NCBI GenBank assembly: GCA_000934665.2
Contig: JYFJ02000112.1
Coordinates: 62,001 to 126,000, forward strand
From: Catajapyx aquilonaris
Taxonomy: Eukaryota
Length of the DNA: 64,000 nt
Reading direction: 5' to 3'
Numbering within the stretch: position 1 is the stretch's first letter; every line of letters starts with the position of its first letter. Positions 53,384-64,000 of the stretch are shown piece after piece. The notes below the pieces were generated by a model that ran no database searches, was not told where the DNA came from, and saw nothing but the letters and a program-made list of their open reading frames with translations. A program made the position numbers and the translations under genes.

Positions 53384-54220
53384 ATGTCGAACGGCCTCAG
53401 GCAGCCAGAGTCGTTCAGCCCAAGGGCGGCCCCTGACAGGCGGAACCCCCGAGGGTTAGACCCTTGGGTTGACCCCCGTGCCAGTGGTGGGGTGCAGGCC
53501 CACCACCAGGCGGGCAACGATGCCTACTTCATGGACCATTGGGGTGCTGCAGACGAAGCACCGGAGCAGCCCAAAATGGTGGGGCAGAACCAGCAGCAGA
53601 CAAGGTTAGAACACATCCTACAATACTGTACGTTCCCCAGTGAGAGTGTCGCCTGTAAAGTGCTTGTCTTCAGCAGGCGTAGGAGGAACCGTAGTGGTAT
53701 CCGGTGGAATCAGCCCATCATGCGGAGGGTGGCAAGCCAGTTAGGGCAATGTCAGTGCCAGCACCACACGAACGGGCAGTTGTCCCATGGCCATGACTAC
53801 AACCCACCCACGATGGTGCAGGGAGATGGGAATGGCCCCCTTGTACCCACCATGCAGCGGATGGCACCTCAGCCAGGGCAACGTCAGCGTCGACGCCACA
53901 GGAACATGCAGTTGCACTATGGCCATGACTACAACCCATCCACGACCACGATTATGGTGCAGGGAGATGGGGATGATGGCTTCCATGCACCCCATCCTAA
54001 TGGTAGCAGAGCAGATCTATCCTGCAACTCATTTGAGTCCATGATTCGAATTCGACATCAAGAATTCAGGGCACTGGTTGCCCAATGTGCAGAGAGGCCC
54101 ACCACCAGGGCCATTCAAGGCCTGATTGACCACATTTCAAGGACCAGAACCATTTCTATACAAAACATGACCAGAATATGGCGCCAACTAGATCCAGATG
54201 ACTGCCCAGTTAATTTTTAA
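53384..54220 (+). CDS. Uncharacterised protein, palindrome copy B; exons 53384-53604 and 53677-54220 (254 aa; a 278-aa read-through is also open)
   Basis: 72-nt intron AG|GTTAGA...TTCAGCAG|G at the same position as in copy A; 221+544=765 nt. No family recognised. Confidence 0.65.
   Translation: MSNGLRQPESFSPRAAPDRRNPRGLDPWVDPRASGGVQAHHQAGNDAYFMDHWGAADEAPEQPKMVGQNQQQTRLEHILQYCTFPSESVACKVLVFSRRRRNRSGIRWNQPIMRRVASQLGQCQCQHHTNGQLSHGHDYNPPTMVQGDGNGPLVPTMQRMAPQPGQRQRRRHRNMQLHYGHDYNPSTTTIMVQGDGDDGFHAPHPNGSRADLSCNSFESMIRIRHQEFRALVAQCAERPTTRAIQGLIDHISRTRTISIQNMTRIWRQLDPDDCPVNF
53715..53990 (+). repeat. Internal tandem duplication (~132-bp unit, 2 copies) in copy B
   Basis: QLSHGHDYNPPTMVQGDG versus QLHYGHDYNPSTTTIMVQGDG; copy A has a single unit (HNPSMMVQGD). 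Confidence 0.8.
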
Positions 54221-57109
54221 TGTATGATGCTTTTTCCTGTCCCCAATTTGATACTATACTGTTGACAGGTGTTTTCTTCTTGCACACACAAGCATGTTGA
54301 TCTATTGATGTCCATCCATTGTTAATGTTCAGTTTTGTTGCATCAGGATCAGTTAGTTGTTGGTGTATAAAGCAACGGTTTCAGGATTTATCATGTTATC
54401 ATTTGACAATATCAGGACCCATTGGGACACTGTCCAGCTTCAGTGGTACTCCTGATGCAGATGTGGGCTAAATTCTGAAACACAGCAGAGGTCTGCTAAT
54501 CGAAATTGGGTATTGATGTCACTTGCATTTTGCTAGCTTGAATTTCTGCCACTGTGGCATCAGTACTCAACTTCCGACTCTGCCACTAAATACAGCAGTA
54601 GAAATAGTAACTATTCAACAGTCACTAATACCAGCTAAAATTTGTATTTCATCATTTACAACAAAAATTACAAGGTATGCAGTCAAAACAATATGATGCA
54701 TCATACTCCATGCACTTAAGTCACCAGAAACAGGTCTCATACACCAAGATCTGTGGCTAATGTAACAAAAATACCAATGATCTACTAAAAACGTTGCAAT
54801 TTTTCCCCCCCATCTCATACATGCCCATTTATTCAACATAAAATGAAAAAGAATGATTCAGATGATGATGACAGTACAAGAAAAAAAAGAAGCGAATATT
54901 ACATGTCTGTACAAGCAATTATACTCTACAGCTGGTACTCCACTCTAACAGCAGATGATAGACTAGGATTAAAAACCTCTAGTAGAGTCAAAATAAAATG
55001 CACGGGGGGCTGTACATTTTGATTGGCAGAACTCAATGACAAGAGCGGCACGTACATGCACACAGCTGCAATTACACCCTGCAAAGGGTTCACCGCCAGA
55101 CATACTCAAAAATAACAACTTCAGCTTACTACATACACAAATGCATGCTCAATACTCTTTCTAACTACAATTTCCATCAGTAATTTTTCCGTGCTTATAA
55201 AGTTTGGAATGAGCTATGAAATATGCTGCATGTTTGCATGTCGGGAGGAATAATTTTACAAAGAAAGCACAGAAAAAAAGGTATATTCCAATCATAAAAG
55301 TACAGAACTATTGCACAATAAAAACAGTTTCACCAAAACTGTCACGTCTGACAGATACTTTTTTTTTTTGACGTAACTTATCTACAAAACAAGGGCATAA
55401 TTTATCAACATTTTTGCCACCGAAGAACACACACATCACCATCCACAATTTTCATGATTCTTACAATACAGTACTGGTACGGTACTAAAAACAAGTAGAT
55501 TGGCACGAATGTAACGTCACACTCATGTAAAAGTAATGAACAAAGGATTGCTTCTGTTTTCAGAAGAACAAAAATTTTCATTTCTACTCTAGAATAAGTT
55601 AGCGAATAAATACCCAATACAATAACATTAACAAGACGAAATATTGCGATAAAGAAAAGCACTCATAGTGATGATGCAGCATCACGATTTTTCCATCCCA
55701 AGTAACACTGATTGGTAAACTACACACGGTGATATTGAACTCGCAAACTGGCAATGATTTCGAGAGTAAATTAAGTCGCCTTCCTTGCTTCCCATAAATT
55801 TGATCCAACAAGCGAAACGAAAAATGATTACATCCGTGGCCATATGACAAAATCATGAAATAAAAGAATGCTAAAAAATATACATCCAGAGTTATGGGCG
55901 ATCACATGTAACACATCCCACATGGACATCTATAACAATGCATACAAATATTTTTTGGAGGGAAATAGAGAGTCAGCAAGTCTGGTTTTTTTTTCTTCTT
56001 CCATTTTTAAAAACCTAGTCTACAACATGAGATTCACATTTTTTTCCAGTTTTATTTAGTGAAGGTGAAATAATCCTGAGAAACCACAAAATAGTGGAGT
56101 TATCATCCTCTTTGGCACATCAGGCCGTCCGTACGGTCCTAACAGCTTGTCTTGCTTCCCACAGTTTTGACTGCTGACTAGCAATGGAAAAAAAAAGTAG
56201 GGTTTAAAATAATTTCAGCTGTGCCTATTAGTCACCTGGATCTCCACAAATCTGTTCAACTGATCTTTACTTCTGAAATCTAAATGCAAAAAAAAGTGGC
56301 ATAAGCTGCTGAATGTTTTGACTAGCAACAGCTGCACCACAAAAAATAATCACACAGGGTGTTCCAATTCAAATGATCTTAGCAGTTAGCAATTTTTTGA
56401 CACAAAGCTGCTAATTAAGCCCCTTGCAATTCATGGAAGTCGTGATCTACATGTTACTTTTTACCAATCATCGCCGGTTTATCGTATATCTCACTACATA
56501 TGCCAAAGTATCAGCTCAACGTCAAAAAATTACTAACGATCGAGATCAATTTAAACAGATCACCCCTGTACATATATCTATAGCAAGGACAAAACACGAA
56601 GTAAAAAAAAAAAAAGTCATGTATATGACGCACAGCATCTGACAGGCTTTAAACAATAGTCATCACCATCCTCATCATCGGCCTCCGAATAAATGATAGG
56701 CTTGGGAGGCAGGAAAAAAATTATCAGATTAGAAAATTAGGGCAAAAATATAAACTTTTTTTTTGCTTGAAGCAACAAAACAAATTTAAGGATGACACAC
56801 ATGTGAAAAAAATTGGCTTATTATATACACTTCTACCCTGGGTGAAATGTCTTAACCTCCTTGTTCTTCTTCTGCAATAGTATGGTTGCTTCAACTACAG
56901 CATTTGTACTGTTACTGCCAAAAGAAACGGGTCCCACGTTGTCACTTTCACATGTACACAAGAATGGTTACGAGAAATAAAAATTGGATTTTTTCCCCCC
57001 CTTTTGAAATGATGACAGTTCAGCAGAGAAAATAATCACAGCTCACAGAGAGAGTCTCACTCACGCCATTGTTGTTGCAGGACTTTGATGACAAAAAACT
57101 ATTTTGGTC

Positions 57110-60100
57110 TCAGTCCGGACTGTCCGATGCCGCTGTTGTGATGGTGGTGCTGACCTCGCCGTCCGTCTCGCTCGATGCTGTGGTTGCCACCTGGGCTGTC
57201 ACCTATTCAAGGGGGTTTCACATTGTTGTATTGCATTGTTCGAATCAGTTACTAAATGGAAAGGGAATAGAAGAAATAGCAAGGCACAAAATAATAATAT
57301 TTTTTTAAAAAGCTGGAAGCACTTGGATGTAATTCCATGACTTTAAATTTATTTTCTTACAAAAGGTGCAAAGCTCTTATTAGAATCAACCATGCATCCT
57401 GCTGCTTTATACACAAAAAAGGCATATGGCACGAAACTTGTACAAAATAAAGACCCGCTAGCAGCACACCTTTCTTCTCCGTTTCACCTACAAAACAAAG
57501 AAACCGCAAAGGTGTAAACAAACAAAACATAAAGCAAAATAGGGTACTAAACCAACACCTGCAACACCCCACCTTTAAAAAAATATAAGCCCAAAGCCAC
57601 TCCCTTACCTGAAGCACTTGGGCAGGCTGCCCTCCGACAGTCATGATGGTGGGGGTGGCTTCTCTCACAGGGGTCCCAACCACTGTTGGTGTGACGGTGA
57701 TGGTCTCCACAGTGTCCGTTGTCCCAGGCTCCACTTTAGGTACCTGCATGACTGGTGTTACGACCTGCATGGTGGCTCCTTCTCCTTGTGACTGCAGTTG
57801 GGAGATGTTGGCCACCACAGTTTGGTACATAGAGGCTGGCACAGGGACAGTTATCATGCCCGAGACGGTCACAGGATAAGCTGTAAAGATGGTGATCGTC
57901 ACGTGACTGCTGCATCGTAAACTCATTTTATACATTTGTAAATCTAGACAAGTGCTGCAAGCACTCAGGTTTCAGTCACATGTCTATTGTTTTATGAAGA
58001 GCAAGGCTGATAATAATTGCCATCTAAAAATGTAGATCATCATCACAAGGTATGGAATTACAATTATTGTACACAGCTTCTCTCCCTAATAGTCTCATTT
58101 CAAAAACTAGCATTATGATATAAAAACTGCACATTTGTGTTAGTAAGATTCATTACCTAAACTAAAGGTGAAATAATTGAAAAGGGGTTAATATGAAACT
58201 ACATGATTCCTCTCCGTAACTTACTCCAAGGTGGATTCATCATATGAATCTTATGTGACGGAAACAAAAGATTTTCGCTCTGACCATGCCCGTCTTCCCC
58301 AGTGAGGATAATCTGTCCATCCTGGTTGAGGGTGGCCTGGGCCACATTGTTCAGGTCAACCGTGACGCCTCCCTCCTCTCCCTGGGCAGCAGCAGCTGCA
58401 GCCACCTCGGCCAGAGTTTGCACCGTGGAGGTGCCATCGCTCTGGGTGGTTTGGATCTGGAACGGAAGGTCCAACGCAGATCAACAGCGAGTGTTTTCAC
58501 ACGAAGTCATCAAGTATGATGCAAAACAGGCTTTGGATTCTCCCTTATTAACTCAGATGAAGTTTAACAAGACCTTGCAGGAACATGGTACTCATTAATT
58601 GCGAAGGAGGATGAGACTTACTGTGGTGACTCCTTGAACTTGTGCAGTGGTCCCATCTGGAAGGGTGATGATCGGGTTGCTGGGGTCCACTTGGATGATC
58701 GACACTGTGCCATCCGGGTTCGAGATGGTCTGGAGAACCGTTGGGGCATACTGTGTCACCTGCATACACGTTTAGGGGGGCAACAAGTACCAGCGTTAGA
58801 TATGATTATGCTCATTACTATCACGGGGAAATATGAATTTTTTTGAAGGCAGGTAGTTCATTAGTAAAATGTGGTGTACTCTGCCACCATCATTTGAAGA
58901 CAATGATGGAGTGCAGCCTATTAGTTCTATGCAAGGTAGAGACCAAAATGTTTCAGCAGGATCAAGTCATTGATAAAATTAAGGAATTTGTAGAAAACTT
59001 CATAATTTCCATGCAAATGATGGTTAACCAGCAGCCATGTGCTTATTTTGTTCCCTGGCAGTGATTGAAAAAGCATAAATTGGAAGTACTTATGCTCTGC
59101 AAGAAAGCAATGGTGCCGTTATAATCTGTGCATTAAGTCAATTTTCTAAATGATAGATAAGGTACGTGTCACGTAAAAGAACTGTCCTGCCATTTCAATT
59201 GATCAGAGGGACCAATCAAGGAAAATGCTTTTGTTTTTAAAAACACATAAACATGTACACTGACAAACTCATGCCTAGTAAGTGACCTAGTCACTACACA
59301 CAAAGTACTGCATGACTTCTACTTTTGCAGCACTTACATAACATGAACTGCTATTGTCAAAGCCATGCCAAACTTCATGCGCTCTGTTGCACAACAACCA
59401 AAGACTGCACAACACAGTTAGTATAAAAAATCTGGGGTACGGGCTCGCACATTGTGGATATTGAAAAGGCAATTATAAAAACCAAAAACCAGCCAGGGGA
59501 ATTGAGAACTGTGCTTAGTGAGCCGGTCCGGACCCCAGAGAACTACCTGCGGGGCAGTGGCGGGGACAGTGGTCACCTGGGCTTGCTGCTTATGTTGCTT
59601 GGTTGGAGACTGGTGCTTGGGCCCACCCCCACTCCCACCTACTCCTGTTGCACCCCCTGCTCCGCCATTGGTCTCCTCGTCTTCGCTGAAGGCTGGCAAC
59701 AAGTCCTCCCTCCCATGATATTTGTAACAGTTGATCACAATTTGCCGCAGAGCGTGAGTCCATGACACCTTCTGCTTCTCTTCCTCAGTTCTTGCATCCA
59801 TTCTCACATTGGCCCACGGTAGATCTTCGGGCCACCAGGGAGGTCGGGTTGACTCCTTTCCCCACCCTGGTTTGCCTCGACCTGTACTGTACTTCAGCAT
59901 CAGGGGTATAAACGCTCGAAGCTGAGCTTGGGTCATCTTCTCCACCGGTGTTGGAATTCCATCAATGACCAATGGAGGGAGCTCATGCAGCGAAGGGTCA
60001 TCCTGTGTGGGTGGCGGGGCCTGCTGAGCCAAGGCAGATTCCAGCTCCTGCATGATGACACTGCGAAGGTTGCGAACCACATCTTCCAGAGGCTTGGCGC

Positions 60101-61585
60101 CAAACACCTTGAAGCTATTCTGGGGCTTGCCTGGGGTTGCCACTACTACCACTGCCTGCTGACCCACACGAGTTGCAAACTCATCGATTGTTTGCTGGAG
60201 AGAAGAGGCAAAATCCAGTCAGCATAGGTTTCCCAAGGTAACAGAAGGCCACAGTAAAAGCAGAACCTTGATTTTTTTTATTAAAAAACAATAAGTTGTA
60301 AATGAGCTATTTCATAAGCAGGAAAGAAAACTTGTTCCACAGGCATCAGGCTGATAAAAAGTCAGGGCTACACAATTCCAAAGTCAACAATAAAGGAGCA
60401 ATAAATATCTATGTGATACTGACCCTTAGCTTGCGAAGAAGTCTGGTTTGCTGCCTCTTCCGTATGGAAGGGTTGGTCTCAAAAGAGTGTGGTCGCTTCC
60501 TCTTTTTGGCTGACGCAATTGCTGCTGCAGCTGCCACACCCACTGGACCTGAGGAAGATAACAGGTGGGCATGGCCCAAGACAAGGGTGCCTGTCAGTAC
60601 ACATGCAGAGAATGGCCTCAGTCTGCTGTGTCCAGCAGGTGGCCATGGGAAGTGGAGGGAGGAAAAAACCTAACTCTACATGGTGATAGTAACAGTGTCA
60701 CTTTTCAGTCCCACACTTTTTTAAAAAACAAGGAGGATATAGAAGAGAAAGAAACCCAGAAACAACTGATACTAAAATAATAATTATATGCCTATAAACA
60801 CAAATAAATTAACCACTTTTTTGGCACCGGATAATTTTGTCCTTCATTATGGAATCAGTCATAGATTGTTTTGCTGCCTTGACGTTATTTTCTTGAAATA
60901 AGTACACATGTATTTGACAACATGTGGCAAGTTATTGCATCTTGAACAATTGCAGTTCAATATCAAAATATATAAATGGCAGTATGATTAGCATGTCAAT
61001 GCCACCAGGCTCATAACTGACAAAATTTTAACACATCCTCTTCACTGCATTATTTTTCATATCATTCCACTTGTATTTTATATGCATGATTGTTCAGTTT
61101 ACTTTCATAACTCCAATAACTATTTGATTTTAAATTATTTTAATAGCTCTGGATTTCTAGTTAACTGTTGACATTCACTATTTAAAATTTCAACATTCAA
61201 GTGTACTCAGTATACAATGTGAGCAAAATTATCCAGTGAAACATTACCCAAAGAAGAGGCTAAAAGGTGTAAGCCAGGATAGGTGCAGAGGATCAAAACG
61301 AGGTTGCCTGGTAAGGACGTTTGTATGGCGATAGAAAAGCAACAAAAGTTGCTAGTCACCATGTCCATTCTGCCAACCTGCGGCTGCCAGCTGGGCCGTG
61401 ACCTCGTCGCCCATGCTGCTTGCCAAGAGGTCGCCATCATCATCAAATGCGGTGGAGCTGTTGGGAGATGACGGGCAATCGTCGTCATCGTCGTCGTCCA
61501 GCTGGCCCATGTGGTTCATGCTGGATGAGATGGAGCCAGCAGCAATGGTCAGCGTGGAGTCTCCTCCAGTGTTCATGATGACCAT
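57110..61585 (-). CDS. ewg: NRF1/erect wing/P3A2-family transcription factor, about 551 aa; exons 61585-61378, 60548-60424, 60194-59547, 58759-58622, 58456-58285, 57880-57609, 57202-57110
   Basis: DEVTAQLAAAGPVGVAAAAAIASAKKRKRPHSFETNPSIRKRQQTRLLRKLRQTIDEFATRVGQQ and LPPLVIDGIPTPVEKMTQAQLRAFIPLMLKYSTGRGKPGWG are NRF1/Ewg DNA-binding domain hallmarks; also TISNPDGTVSIIQV and YPVTVSGMITVPV. GT-AG junctions, 1656 nt in frame. The first coding exon begins at an acceptor (61708), so a non-coding exon lies further upstream. Confidence 0.95.
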
Positions 61586-62688
61586 TTGGGTTGTAAGGGT
61601 GGGTGAAGAGGGGGCAGGGAGAGGACCAGGAGGGGGGGAGGAGGAGGAGGGAGGGGGAGATGGAGTGCAAGGCTCTGAAGCAGCCGTGGGTGATCACGCC
61701 TTGAAGCACTGTGAAGAAAACAACGGTTCACATGACTCCTCCTAAAAGATGCAACTTAAAACGAACCTAAACTTCATAAAATTAATTACGTTCACAAGTA
61801 GAGCAAGCCAAATGCATAATGACCATTACAAATATTACAAAGGAGTTGTCCAATTGGTTTTGCCATGAAACGTACTAATTTTTAGTGCAAATTGTGCCTA
61901 ACAACGTTACATGAAAATGCTTCTCCATCTACGTCTCAGTTTAAGCATTCAGGTTAGATATAGCTATGGGAACTTGCAATATTTTTCCAATTGAAAATGG
62001 CGATGGAAGGCACTATGAATATTTAATAACTCAACTTGCCTGGCAATGGCACATGAATCCCACTTTCTCGAGTGGCATACTGTTCTCGAAAAGTTAAATT
62101 ACCGTAGGGTTGCTGTCCTGAGATTATACCAATAATATGTTCAACAGATGTCATCTATTGTCATTTAATTGTGGTCAACAATTCATAACATCCATTAGAC
62201 CCTTGATTGATGATCTACCTTCAATGGTGCAGCCTGGCCTAATGGTGAGGTACACTGATTGCAAATACTCATTATTACACATTGATTCTCCACAAGAAAG
62301 CATTATAGCCTACTTGTAACTATATGACCGAATGTGCACCTAATTTTGCACATGGCATATCCCATGATTGTTGCCAACAATGAATCCTTGGCCATAAAAT
62401 CTACCATCAGCGTTGCAACCAGGGGTTCATGAACTGATGATTGAAGACCACTGGTTACACAGTGCAATACCACATTTAGAGGGACAGAGTTTGCAACCTG
62501 TAGCTTGCTGCCTCCATCAAAATAAACTGAAGCAAAAGTGTGTACTCTCGACTTGTTACCTGTAAGTTGGCTTAAAAGGTATGCATTTGCTTATGATTAG
62601 ACACAGGTAATTTAAATCCAAACAAATCCCAACCCCAGTGAAGGATTAAATATTTCAAAATGGACGCTATATGAAACTGTAATTACTG

Positions 62689-62870
62689 GAGTCCGGATTT
62701 GTAGGCAAATGCCTATTTAGTTCCTTAAGAGTTGGGATGGTTTTGCGAAGAGATTATCCATTTCATAAGTGCAGGATGTGGAAAATGTAGATTAGTACCT
62801 AAAATTGCCTATTTTGTGGTTTTAGGAACTACTTGGCCTATTCTGGCTTTTCATGCCTATTTGGCCTTTT
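62689..62870. repeat. Cluster of GCCTATT motifs after gagtccggatttgtaggc; probable subterminal remnant of a DNA transposon
   Basis: gcctatt occurs four times (~62710, ~62807, ~62836, ~62855); no partner terminus found. Confidence 0.3.
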
Positions 62871-63361
62871 TTGCGATAGTTTTTTAACTTTTTGAAGCAT
62901 TTTCGGTACTTTTTGGCCTCTTCCAGACCTCCTCCTTCAGAGGCATGTTAGGTTTTTCTGCAGAATATTTTTTGTGCTCCTGGAAGGTCCAAAATTGTTC
63001 AGAAGTAATACGAATCATGTTTCCGTAACACGTATGCCAAATATTTCTCTAAATTTTGGCAACATATTGGGCAAGTGGAAACTGGCCATAAGCGGTAATC
63101 GAGTCTAGAGCAAGTGATGCTTGCACTTCGTGTCTTTTGCCCAAGTTTCATGATTTCCTATGTGTTTGTCAGTTACTGTCAGTTTATTGTTGTTATTCGG
63201 GTGTTTGTTCTGGTTTGTGACCTTGGCCAGGGCTAAAGCACTCCCCCCCCTCCCCCCGGTCAAGATATGAATTTTATATTTTTATTTGGTACCACAGGGT
63301 TAATTTTTGGAAATAGAAACATGTGCAGCAAGGGTAGAAGGGCCTATCAAGACAGGACAAC

Positions 63362-63923
63362 CAGGGTGGTCCGCAGGAAATAGTACAAAATAAAATGAGG
63401 AATACCAGAACTTATACAAGATTACACAAATTTTATTTGTGCCTATCGTATGTGCACATATTGCCATTTCTGGTACACAAAAAACCGTGTCTATTTCTTG
63501 AATATAGCATCACACAAATGTCCTCCACTGGCATCAATACATAGTCTGTGCATGGCAACGAGCCGATCGCTGAGGACTTTGCAGCAGGGCTGCACACACT
63601 CTTTGGACATTTTCAGGCATCCGGACCGTCTTTTTTGGGCCCTTGTGCTTCTTGTTGATGACAGACCCCGTTATTTGCCACTGCTTGGCCCAGACGATGA
63701 TGGCGGTCCTCTCCATGGCACAACTCACGTTGCACACCTGCAACACTCTTCTGGCGAGCATAGGTATCCACAGCCCGGAGACGTAACTCTACCGGCCAGT
63801 GACTCATGGTGAACTGAATGGCATACTGCCTGTCTTCGATTTGTCTCGATAGCTAGCTACACCATGCATTCCTAACCCCACGGTCGCCAATCTTAACTGT
63901 ACCATTTCCTGCGGGCCACCCTG
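63362..63923 (-). mobile_element. Internally deleted Tc1/mariner-superfamily element (562 bp) retaining a frameshifted N-terminal HTH of the transposase
   Basis: 26-bp TIRs cagggtggtccgcaggaaatagtaca and cagggtggcccgcaggaaatggtaca (2 mismatches), TA at 63924-63925. Peptides MSHWPVELRLRAVDTYARQKSVAGVQREL and WAKQWQITGSV...GPKKTVRMPENVQRVCAALLQSPQRSAR resemble Tc3-like transposase N-termini; no DDE domain. Confidence 0.85.
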
Positions 63924-64000
63924 TATTAAGACATTTTCGCCCTTTATGATGTCCTGTACAGGCGGGTAGGCAGAAAAATTTCGGAGGGGGGGCATTTCAT

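Larger units (their letters stand above)
51482..53732. repeat. Large inverted duplication: near-identical arms 51482-52103 and 53100-53732 around a ~1 kb spacer; weaker similarity extends to ~51040 and ~54345
   Basis: Long near-exact reverse-complement blocks, e.g. ggtcagaatttggcgggaatctgaagtgggcggagcgaatggaacacttacttttgaccccagttgagacggg. Both arms encode MSNGLRQPESFSPRAAPDRRNPRGLDPWVDPRASGGVQA. Confidence 0.95.

Noticed and set aside
61590..61680. Gly/Glu-rich plus-strand ORF 61398..61745
   Set aside because: Antisense reading of the pyrimidine-rich ewg 5' UTR and first coding exon.
1..64000. CRISPR arrays, rRNA/tRNA genes, prokaryotic operons or defence systems
   Set aside because: No regularly spaced repeat-spacer array or recognisable structural RNA seen; the gene structure is spliceosomal.

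Overview
Intron-containing eukaryotic (animal, probably arthropod) DNA with many short GT-AG introns; most entries in the ORF track are spurious. Hand-splicing gives: (1) BRK1/HSPC300 (WAVE complex subunit; minus, 3 exons, 78 aa); (2) an srGAP (F-BAR-RhoGAP-SH3; plus, 4800-48811, about 1327 aa) whose homology-supported first exon lies head-to-head with BRK1, 244 nt between the ATGs, with up to five more phase-matched alternative first exons in its ~35 kb first intron; (3) an inverted duplication at ~51.0-54.3 kb with two divergently oriented, two-exon genes of unrecognised family that enclose a two-exon insect-type (CS-alpha-beta) defensin with kappaB/GATA/TATA-like motifs; (4) an NRF1/erect-wing transcription factor (minus, 7 coding exons, about 551 aa). 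Non-autonomous elements: nested MITEs in a BRK1 intron, three Helitron-like copies with NRF1-type motifs, a fold-back in the srGAP 3' UTR and a deleted Tc1/mariner. All gene models come from manual reading and lack transcript confirmation.
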